A stretch of 64,000 nucleotides of DNA from Chlorokybus atmophyticus (Eukaryota > Plantae > Mesostigma and Chlorokybus algae). A program made the position numbers and the translations under genes. Positions 47,982 to 58,493 of this stretch are shown here, one piece after another. Position 1 is the stretch's first letter. Each line of letters starts with the position of its first letter. Below the pieces are notes generated by a model, which saw nothing but the letters and a program-made list of their open reading frames with translations, was not told the origin of the DNA and did not search any database. Location: the NCBI GenBank assembly GCA_009103225.1, contig RHPI01002069.1, positions 2,008,846 to 2,072,845 of the forward strand. Direction: 5' to 3'.

Positions 47982-50900
47982 TCAATCCCCAGGAACGGGC
48001 GTCATCTCTTCAGAGCGCGGCAAACGCGTCAACCGTAAATAGGCCCTGTTTGTCACACGCGACAACGCCACATACCACAACCCAGGAGCAAAAGCTTCCT
48101 GCATGTGGACAACAGTAGTTGATTGTAGCGTTGCACCTTGACAGTTGTGCACTGTCATTGCATACGCTAGCTGCAAAGGAAACACAGCTTTGTAGTACGT
48201 TTTGCCTTGAAACGTTGTTGTTTGCTGTATTATTCGGCGCATCCACATGGATTCGGCCAAGTGATCAAATGTAACTTGTATACTGCTCACAATACCTTTG
48301 TAGTATCTATACTGCGTCACTGTTCCCAAAGACCCATTCGCTACACCATCTTGCAGTGAAACGTTTTGTAAAACCAACACCTTTGCTCCCTTGGCGACTG
48401 AAGGTAGTAAGTTGAACTTGGGCTTGTGAATCCAGTTGTACGGTTTGGGCACGTTCACTGCATTAGAAGTAATTTGTATTGGCACAATGGTATCGGCTGC
48501 AAAACGTTGTCTCACAATCATGCTGTTAAAAGCCAGTGTGTCTTGTACATATGAACACAGTATGGTTGCATCACTTGGTAACTGCTGTAAGTACTCCGAA
48601 GTGACCAGACAGCCACCTAATGCATCTGCTATCTCTATTGAACTGGGTATACGAGAACGAATCTGAATCAGAAATTGAGCAAACAGAGGGTCTGAAGCAT
48701 GACGCATTGAAACATAAAGAAAATGTTGCCTACGTAATGGCCACCTCTGTGATGCAGAAATATGGCATTTGTGGCAAACCTGCAATGTGTCTTGGATCTT
48801 GTGTCCACAAACTGCTTGCAGTTGCTTGTGGTCACCAACTAATACAGCGTCGATTATTTGTAGACATTCTGGTCCATGAACTTGCTATAAGCGCAGCATC
48901 ACCAAGTCAAACAACCGCGATGTCATGATGGAAAACTCGTCAATAATAAACACTCGACAACGATGTAACTGTTTGTAAGCATCATCCATAGCAGTTGCAA
49001 ACCGGAGTTGCTGACCGTTGACAGGTATTGCGAAGTTGGAATGTACAGTTGAAGTTGATGAGCTGAGCCGCAGAGCCGCAGCGCCAGTTGTAGCACTAAG
49101 TAAAACAGGTATCCCAGCAACGCGCAACTTATGAGTGATGAATTTGGTCAAAAATGTTTTGCCTGCTCCCGGACAACCAGATATTACATGTAGACTAACC
49201 GGTGTTGCAATAATACTAGTTGCGGTGCGTGCTTGCTGGCTGGTCAAAGAGAAATTGTTCGCAAACGCAAACTCCTCAACATTCAAAGTATCTTAAAACT
49301 TCGGCGCTGATACATCTGACTTCGTTATCACAATTAAAGCTGGAGATGCAGGATTGGATGATATTGCTGTTGGATACTGCGTGGTAGGTTTTGGTGCAGT
49401 TTGGCTGTCTGTCGGACCAGCTGCAGCCATAGACAAGGTATTCATAGCATTATCAGTGGTCTGCATCATGGCGTTCATCATATGGTGAATCTTAACATCA
49501 TTGTGTAAATGATGTTCGGCAGAGCGCGTGACATGTGTCAACAAACTGCGGTTTGTGTTGTTAATAAAAGCCCGCAACACACATTCTTCATGGTAAGTGC
49601 GTGATTGGTTGTTCAAAGAAATCAAATCAACTTCGGAAAGAAAAGTAACCCGCTGAAGAAGTAAATTGAAACAAAACCCCTCCATGCTGTGTACAGGATG
49701 GTAATCTGTGAATTTGATGATGCGCGGGACAGCTAACTCATAAACGAATGCACTCATTTTGTCTTTTAACGTACGCACAGTGTTATGTGGCACAGTGTCT
49801 CCATCTCGGTGCATGTATTGTCGAAAGTAGTTGTACATTGATACTCTTTCTACCTCGTGAGGCCTGACAGAATAACGATGAATGGGATGCACAATTACTG
49901 TCCGTGCACGACTGTTCATTATGCGAGCACGATTGTTAGGCAAACACGTGTCAACATATGTTACATTGGACGACATTTGCATGATGGGAATATCCAAACA
50001 TATCAAAGCAGCTTCAGCTGGAGCAATAGGTTTGGACAAGTACATTGTGTTCAATATGCGCAATTCGTTAACAGTCAATCCTTGCAAACCGAGTGCATTG
50101 GTGTTTGATGTATCATCAACAGTGCCACAAGGTTCCATTTTAGTCGTGTACTTGACTAAGTACTTGCTCCAATGACTATCAGTGACTTGCAACACATTAC
50201 AATGAGTACCCCACAACGATAAAAGCACTGGATGTGTGGGAACAATATTGCGGTCACAAGTGCGTGGTCTGTAATAATCGAACCTGCGCATTTTTGTGTT
50301 GAACTGAGTTTGACAATCTGGTTGTACGGGATACGGAAAGCCCATGTCGCACGTGTTGTCAAATGCTCTGCAGCCACTGCCAACATCAGAACACTCGTGC
50401 ATCTGCTTGCGTACAACATATTCATAAAGGACTCGCGGTTTAGAATCAGTCGGTACAATTATTTGCTAATTTGCATGGTCAAAATCCCCGTGGATAAAAG
50501 CAGTTATTTCACTGCAATCTCGTTCAACATTGTCGGGGTGTAACCACAACATAATATGTGCATGCAAAGATCCACGGTGTTGTGTTTCATACCTAATGAC
50601 ATAGTGCATCACACGGCCAAGAATATCCTTTTGCATGTTACATTCTTCAAAGAAGGTGCTGAACCGATTATGAAACAATTGTGCGCACTTCACAGAGGCA
50701 TCGCGCCAACCAAGTTGCGTGGAGACATTGTGGTGAACATTCTGCAAATCAATGATTTTAAGGAATTGGTTACTGGACACTTCATCTGCAGTCACGGTGA
50801 CAAAGAGATGAGGCACACCCCAATGCTCAACCAGACACAGCAGCTCACTCAACTTTAGTTGATGCCAACTCGGAGATCCAATGATGTCACCAGGGACACG

Positions 50901-52041
50901 AATTTTTACAGCGTTTTTGATGACATCGTTGATTGTGGCAGTAGGTCGCTGTTTGAGGAATTTTTCAATATCAGCGCCCACAGCAACTTTGCGGCACTTT
51001 CTAACTGTGAGAAGTGATTGACGGATTTGGTACATCAACAGGAAATAAGGCTTGTACAATGTGAAAACTGAGAACGATTGTGTAAGACGGAACTTGACAT
51101 CATCTGATAGTCTGCTGTACACGTTACCATTAAAGAACCCACGATTGTGCGAAAACAACATGGGAAACAGAGCAAACTCAACAGTCAAACCAGGAATGTT
51201 GTACGCACCACCTGTATCCATGTGTATAAAAAGAGGAACACAAGGCTTACGCAGCGACATATGTCCAACGCGCAACATGGTGTCCACTGTGACTTCAACT
51301 GTGCTGCGTAAGCCGCGAAGGAAATGGCAACAAAGTGGTTAAAATGTATGTGTATGCTGATTCACCAGCAATGTTTAAAGGATTACGATCCTGTGCACGA
51401 GACACAATGCTACGAATAAAAGATAAACTGACATTGGGGATGCCGTCAAAACCAAATGGTTGTTCTGCCAAGGTCTGATATTTCTGAACCAGAGTGTTGG
51501 ACGATAATAGCTCGCTCAACAACTCCAGCAACAAGATGGCATATTGGTTCCGATGTGTAAACTCATCCCAAGTAATAAACGGACCGTTAGTCATATTCAA
51601 CTGCTGAACTTGGATGAAACTATATGAGTTATATAAGTCGCAAAGCCCCATGGACGTGTTGACAAGGGACAACATCTGCACTACCATGGGATGTGTCTCC
51701 AACAACTTGCGAATGTACACTGCGCTGTGTAACACGATGTAACTGGAACGCTTCGACTCGTGACTACATTGAAGGCATTGGTAGTAATTACTATCACACT
51801 TGGTATAATCGGACATAACGACATTAGCCAAATCATATGGTGCAACAGTGGGTACTGATTGTCGATACATTGGACGATCAGCAGCAGCAGCAGAGTAAAA
51901 CTGTACATGCCCGCACAAAGAACAACATTGCATTCGCGTGACAAACTTACGTTGTGCATCTTGCCAACAGGAAAGCATATCATTGCAGTCGTCCCACAAT
52001 TCGCATTGCTGAGACAAATCGCATTGTTGCTCGTGAGTCAT
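47982..52041 (-). pseudogene. Helitron RepHel: N-terminal CxxC..CxxC region, HUH Rep and PIF1-family SF1 helicase; 1 frameshift and 3 in-frame stops
   Basis: Rep motifs HLFVTVT, YVIRYETQHRGSLHAHIMLW and KYLVKYTTK. Helicase motifs ISGCPGAGKT, IIDEFS, LVGDHKQL, LAYAMTVHNCQGATL and YVALSRV. The ORFs from 51287 to 47982 share one frame, broken by TAG/TAA/TAG. Confidence 0.93.
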
Positions 52042-53438
52042 AGCGGATGACGAAACAATACCAACTAGAACATATCAATCGCCCTGGCATGCGTCGCCAT
52101 CCAAAAGAACCATCTCGGCACAGTCCAGCAATTAGGGCGTGCAAAGATGCAAATCCACATGCACAATATCTCTGATGTGTTGCAATATGTTGCGATATGA
52201 TTACAGATGCGGCGATATGGTGCAACATGATGCGATGTGGTTAGCAACCTGCAGTTAAGTGTTTTAAAAATTAATAATCAACGTAACGTTCACGCCACGG
52301 TACGTGCTGCGATACTCAGTAAGTAATGCCAAGGTCACAACCATTAAAATAATGCTAACCTGAATTACCTTAACGTTAAGATTCAACCAAACGAACAATC
52401 GCATCGTTAGGCCACCATTTGGTCACGCATGAGATTGATCAAATGGGATCGCAACGGTGACAACAGCCGTTGCCGAAAAAGGTATTAAAATGGCCAATCA
52501 TTGCAAACATGCGTAAAAGATGCTGAAAACTATCTCAGCGGCAACCGCTTACCAACGGCGACCCAAAATCGCTAGGGATTCGGTGCAATTGCGGCACAGT
52601 TAGTGGTTAAAATGGCCGCGTTTTTAGCGGTACGAGGTCGGGGTTGTCGGGTCGAGGGGAGTCGAGGGTCACGCTGTCTCGGACAGCTGCAGGGACAGAC
52701 ATGCTTGCTAGACATGCTACTGCGCCACATTTGTAACGCGCAGCAAAAGCAAAAGATAACCCAACCCTCTATTGAAGGTATTACATGGGTGATGCTTGTA
52801 TCCGGTCAGCTTGCCCTTCATACAGGAGTCGAGGGTCGAAGATACCAGGAAGAAGCGCGTGGACTCCAGACTTAGCAAGACGGTCGAGTCATGACGGACT
52901 CCGGACCAGGCTGCTTGGTAGAGCCTTGGGAGAAATCACGTAGCTTTGTGGATACGTAAGCTTAGCAGGCGTGGCTTAGCTTGTTGAAAAGCTCTGGTTG
53001 TGAGCTAGACAGCGTAGCTTACAGAACAGCAATCGGCTGAGTATAGCGCACGCGGTGCTTGCCAATGTAGACGTGTGTAGAGACTGGCGGGGTATAAAGT
53101 CCAGACTTGTTGCAATGAAGAAAAGAGGTCACGATGCAGCATGTGTGCGTATGCTATGGCGGCAGTAGCAGTCATACTCTTGTGATGATGTTGTTAGCGT
53201 GTTACTTGCACGTGTGTATGTCAACAGGTTATGGGCCCACACATGATTGTGTAGGTTGATGGAGTGTGTTACAATTGTATGTGTAGCTGTAGTCGCTTTG
53301 TGGTAGTGTGGGGTTGTGAGGTCTATGAGCAGAGAGGGCAACCAACCAAGGCCACCAGCATGGACAGCTTGAAGATTGCGATTGGACTACTGGACGTTGA
53401 CGACTACAACACTTGGAGTGTGAAGATGGAGCTACTAC

Positions 53439-56400
53439 TGTTGACGGACGACATCCAGTCAGCCTGACTCCCATAGACTAAGGCATTGAGTGTTAGAAAT
53501 GGCTAAGTCCTTTTGCACGTCGCACTTGCAATACGAGGACTGATATGGAGCAGTTGTGAGTCTAGAGTTCGATATCGGTACAGACTGCTGGCGGACACTC
53601 GAAGACTCCGGACTTGGGAGCATCTGGAAGAGTCTGGCGACAGACCAGAGCTTCGGTAGAAGTTGCAGAACTTCGTGGCTACTTAGTTGCAAGGAACGTG
53701 GCATAGCTTGTTGGAAAGGTCTTAAAGCTGGCTACGTGGAGCAACTTAGAGCACCTCAATAGGACGCTTGTAGAAGGCGCAGGATCTTCTAGAGTAGAGG
53801 TGTGTAGTCTGGCTAAGTATATAAGCTAGCGGACTACACTTGCTTGAATGGAATAGTGATTGCTTTTAGCTCAAGCCTTGGCGGCTGTTGTGTTGTATGT
53901 GTCATGCCCTGCCCTGCTGCATGTGTCCACTAGCTTCCCCACAATAGGTTATGGGCCCACTCTACGCGTGAGGAGTGCGAGTTAGTGGAAGCGTGGTACA
54001 CTGGTAGCTGACTGGTAGCATAGTCTTGGGTGTTGACTGGCTGGAGAGAGGCGCGTTCAACCAAGATGGAGTCTAGCTACGACAAGGGGCAGATTGCATA
54101 GCTGGACACTGACAACTACAGTACCTGGTGTGTGGAGATGAAGGCCTTGCTGATACACAAGAGGCTATGGAAGCATGTGGATTCGAAGGCGACACCACCA
54201 CCTGTTGGAGAGACGTCTGTATGGCTTGAGAGCTCGCAACAGGGACTTGCCTTGATTGTGTTGAACTGCAAGGCGTATCACTTTCCCATGCTATCTGCAT
54301 GTGAGGATGGTAAACAAGCTTGGGAGAAACTTGAGTCCGTGTTTCAAGCCAAGAACAACGCAAGGAAGCTGTCACTGAAGAAGCAGCTGAACTCCATCAA
54401 GAAGGAAGCTGGTGAGCCTGTCACAAAGTATTTGTCGCGTGCGAGAGAGTTGTGGGCGAACCTTACTGATGTCGGGAGCAAGATGGAGGAGGAGGACGTT
54501 GTGCTGGCTGTGCTGAACGGGCTACCATCTGAGTATGAGGTTGTCACTACTCTACTGGAGACATCGTCATCGGTTCTTACCCTGGACGACGTGCTGCCCA
54601 AGCTACTCACCGTAGAGCAGAAGACAACAAAGAAGGACGACCATGCAGATGCTGTGGTTTTCTACAACAAGTATAGAAGGCCTGAAGGACACGACAAGCA
54701 GCTACGAACTGGCAACCGTGACAACAAAACTGGAAGCAGTACTGGTAAACGACATGCCAAGCTGAGATGTCATACCTGTGGAGTGGTTGGACACTTCAGC
54801 AAAAATTGTCCCAAGCGTTATCATGATGGAGGCGCAAGCACCAGCGGCAAAGAGAAGGCGTTTGCATTTGCTGCATCATTGGGAAGACACCATGAAGTTG
54901 GGTGATCGACTCTGGATGCGAGAGGCATCTCACGCCACATGTGGAGCTGTTGGAGGACTACACGAAGCTGACTCATCCTGTAAAAGTGGAGGGCTTCAAT
55001 GGTCATGTGCTGGAGGGCATTGGGGTTGGGAGCGTGAAGCTTCATACCCAGGTCGGTGACACTGTTCATAAGGTCTTGTTGAGGGAGGTGTTGCACGTTC
55101 CTGGTGCTGCTGCGAGCCTATTTAGTGTAGCGACCGCTGAGCGCGTGGGAGCTGAGGTCATGTTCAAGAATGGCCGCTGTGAAGTGAAGCTGGATGGGGT
55201 CGTGTGCATGGAGGGCGCTAAGCATGGAGGGCTCTACCTGGTACGACAACCTTGTCATATGCAAGCCTTGGTGGTGAAGGAGAAAGAGACTGCGGAGCTC
55301 TGGCATCGAAGGTTCGGGCACATGGGCTACGGCAATCTCACTCGGTTGGTCTCAAAAGACATGGTTGTTGGCATCAACCTGAAGAAAGAAGACTTTGAAA
55401 CCGCATCAGGTGTGCACTGTGAACCATGTGTGTTGGCGAAGCAGCATCGCGTGCCTTTCCCGTCATCTTCATCGCATAGTCAGCATCCTGGCGAGCTTGT
55501 GCATATGGATGTTTGCGGGCCTATGCGCGTTGTGGCGAAGGGAGGGGTAAGGTACTTTGCGACATTCCTCGACGACTACAGCAAGCTTTCCATCATCTTC
55601 CCATTGAAGATGAAGTCTGAAGTTGCTGGAGCTGTGCGTACTGTCGTGGCATTGCTAGAGACACAAGGTGGCAAGAAGGTGAAAGCAATGCGGAGTGATC
55701 GAGGAGGGGAGTACATCAACAACGAGTTGAAGGAGTACTTCCCCAGCAAAGGCATACGCCACGAGACAACGGCACCCTACACCCCGCAGCAGAATGGAGC
55801 TGCTGAGCGTCTGAACTGGACCCTGATGGAGCGAGTACGAGCCATGCTCAACGACAATCAGCTGGAAGACAGTTTGTGGAGTGAAGCTGTCCTCACCGCC
55901 AACTATATACGCAATCGGTCACCTGTGAGTTTCGAGCAGAAGACACCGTGGGAGCTCTTCTACGGCACTGCACCAGATGTGAGTGGCATGCGTGTGTTCG
56001 GGTGCATAGCATATGCACTGGTGCCCAAAGCTTTAAGGCACAAGTTGGAGCCAGTTAGCCAGAAAGGCGTTTTTGTTGGCTATGAGCCGGGTTCCAAGGC
56101 TTACCAGATCCTGCTGGAAAAAGAGCAAAAGGTCATTGTAAGCAGAGATGTGGTGTTCCACGAGGGTTCATCACAGAGAGAAGCGGGTTTCTACCCCAAA
56201 GATGAAGATGAAGCACAGGCGCATGAGTCTTTTAAGTGTGTGAAGACCGAAAGAGGCGCGGCTGTCATCGACATGGGTGCGAAGGAGAAGGACTTGGCTG
56301 TGGCTAGCAATGAAGAGCGGCATCAGCATCAGTCATCTCGGAGGTACTCTGAGAGGGAGAGAAACGAGCCAGACTTCTTCCACAAGGCACTTGCAGCAAA

Positions 56401-58493
56401 AGTGCATGAGGACAGTGAAGAGCCAAGCACCTACTTGGAGGCATTGCGGGCACCTGATGCAGAGCAATGGCAGCGAGCTATGGACGAGGAGATTGCGTCA
56501 CTCCATGCCAACAACACTTGGGTGGTGGAGAAGCTCCCTGCAGGTGCGAAAGCTATCCCTGTCAAATGGGTCTTCAAGGTGAAGCGTGATGGTCAACGCA
56601 ACATCGAGCGATACAAAGCAAGGTTGGTGGCAAAGGGCTTTATGCAGCAAGAGGGAGTGGACTTTATTGAAGTCTTCGCGCCTGCAAGTAAGCATGTCAC
56701 CTTTCGGGCATTGTTGGCTATGGTTACTGCGGAGGATCTAGAGATGCATCACCTCGATGTGAAGACTGCATTCCTCTACGGAGAGCTGGAGGAGGAGATC
56801 TACATTGAGCAACCACCTGGCTATGAAGAAGGCATGCGCGGTACGGCCTGCAAGCTGATTAAGGCGTTATATGGGCTACGACAAGCACCCCGTATGTGGC
56901 ACATCAAGTTGACTCAAGAGCTTGAGTCACAAGGCTTCAAGGCATCTACTGCTGATCCGGGGCTCTTCTTCCATGATGAGAAGAAGGTGTGGCTACTCGT
57001 GTATGTGGACGACATCATCGTCACTGCCAGGCGGGTGGAGAACCTGCAAGAAACAAAACTAGCGCTGCAGCAAGCATTTTCTGTTCGTGATCTCGGGGAG
57101 GCCAAGTGGTTCCTTGGCATGGTGATCGAGAGCGACAGGGCTGCGCGTACAATTAAGATCAGCCAGGAGCAGATGGTGAAAAGACTTACAGCCAAGTTTG
57201 GGATGACTGAGGCAAAGACCAAGTCTACACCTCTGGCGGTTGGTACAAGCCTCATCAAGGCAAAGGACGGGGAGGTACTCAACAAGGCTCAATATCCATA
57301 CGGTGAGCTTGTAGGCAGCATGCTCTACTTGGCAGTGTGCACACGGCCGGATATTGCACATGCTGTTAGAGTTCTTGCTCGCTACATGTCTGCACCATCG
57401 CTTAAGCACTAGAAGGCTGCAAAGGCAGTGCTACGCTATGTGGCTGGGAGCGCTACTGTTGGCATCAAGTTTGGTCGCGGTAATATGGAGTTGATGGGAT
57501 ATTGCGACTCTGACTTTGCTGGGGACCTTGATAGCCGAAGGTCTACTACGGGCTATGTGTTCATGCTCAACGGAGGAGTTGTGAGCTGGAACAGCAGGCT
57601 ACAGCCAACGACGGCGGCATCCACATCTGAGGCGGAGTACATGGCAGCAGCAGCAGCAGTGAAGGAGGCATTGTGGCTTCGCAAGCTGATGGCAGATCTT
57701 GAGCATCCCATGGCATGCATCATGATCAACTGCGATAATCAGGGCGCCATCAAGTTGCTGAAGCACCCCATTGCGTCTTTACGCACGAAGCACATTGATG
57801 TTATGCATCATTTTGTGCGAGACAGAGTCACCAGGAAGGAGATTGCCTTTCAATACTGCAATACTGAAGACATGCTCGCAGACTTTATGACCAAGCCATT
57901 GTCACCGGTGAAGTTCAAGGCATGTTGTGTTGGTCTTGGTATTTGTGTCTTAGCAGGAGCTTGAGTCAAGCTGCCTGCGTGGGAGTGTTGACGGACGACA
58001 TCCAGTCAGCCTGACTCCCATAGACTAAGGCATTAAGTGTTAGAAATGGCTAAGTCCTTTTGCACGTCGCACTTGCAATACGAGGACTGATATGGAGCAG
58101 TTGTGAGTCTAGAGCTCGATATCGGTACAGACTGCTGGCGGACACTCGAAGACTCCGGACTTGGGAGAATCTGGAAGAGTCTGGCGACAGGCCAGAGCTT
58201 CGGTAGAAGTTGCAGAACTTCGTGGCTACTTAGTTGCAAGGAACGTGGCATAGCTTGTTGAAAAGGTCTTGAAGCTGGCTACGTGGAGCAACTTAGAGCA
58301 CCTCAATAGGACGCTTGTAGAAGGCGCAGGATCTTCTAGAGTAGAGGTGTGTAGTCTGGCTAAGTATATAAGCTAGCGGACTACACTTGCTTGAATGGAA
58401 TAGTGATTGCTTTTAGCTCAAGCCTTGGCGGCTGTTGTGTTGTATGTGTCATGCCCTGCCCTGCTGCATGTGTCCACTAGCTTCCCCACAATA
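53439..58493 (+). mobile_element. Copia-B: full-length Ty1/Copia retrotransposon (LTRs 53439-53946 and 57986-58493)
   Basis: 508-bp LTRs with 6 differences, perfect TSD ACTAC, PBS GGTTATGGGCCCA at 53947 and PPT-position tract AAGCTGCCTGCGTGGGAG. Confidence 0.96.
54066..57964 (+). pseudogene. Copia-B gag-pol (gag with CCHC knuckle, protease, GAG-pre-integrase, DDE integrase, RT, RNase H); 2 stops and 1 frameshift
   Basis: CHTCGVVGHFSKNC, (W)VIDSGCERH, LWHRRFGH, VHMDVCGP, RSDRGGEY, QQNGAAER, RYKARLVAKG, LLVYVDD and GYCDSDFAGDLDSRRSTTGY. Stops at 54099 and 57410, frameshift at ~54895. Confidence 0.95.

Larger units (their letters stand above)
41770..52644 (-). mobile_element. Decayed Helentron/Helitron2-type rolling-circle transposon carrying extra genes; boundaries approximate, 5' end possibly at ~60013
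   Basis: RepHel ORF, internal ATAT-rich repeat modules and cargo ORFs. Hairpin GCCAACA-CTTT-TGTTGGC at 41777-41794 is near the inferred 3' end. Confidence 0.8.

Noticed and set aside
54880-54905. Programmed gag-pol frameshift in Copia-B
   Set aside because: There is no slippery heptamer, and Copia elements usually have one ORF. A single-base loss restores ...HESWVIDSG, so this is a mutation or sequencing error.
47982-57412. Non-standard genetic code (TAA/TAG = Gln), suggested by in-frame TAR codons in RepHel, Copia and Gypsy
   Set aside because: Host genes end at TAA/TAG where homologues end (RNFT LQIF-TAG, MDR KLV-TAA), and no in-frame TAR was seen in conserved host exons. The TE stops are ordinary C-to-T decay, and one replaces a Trp.
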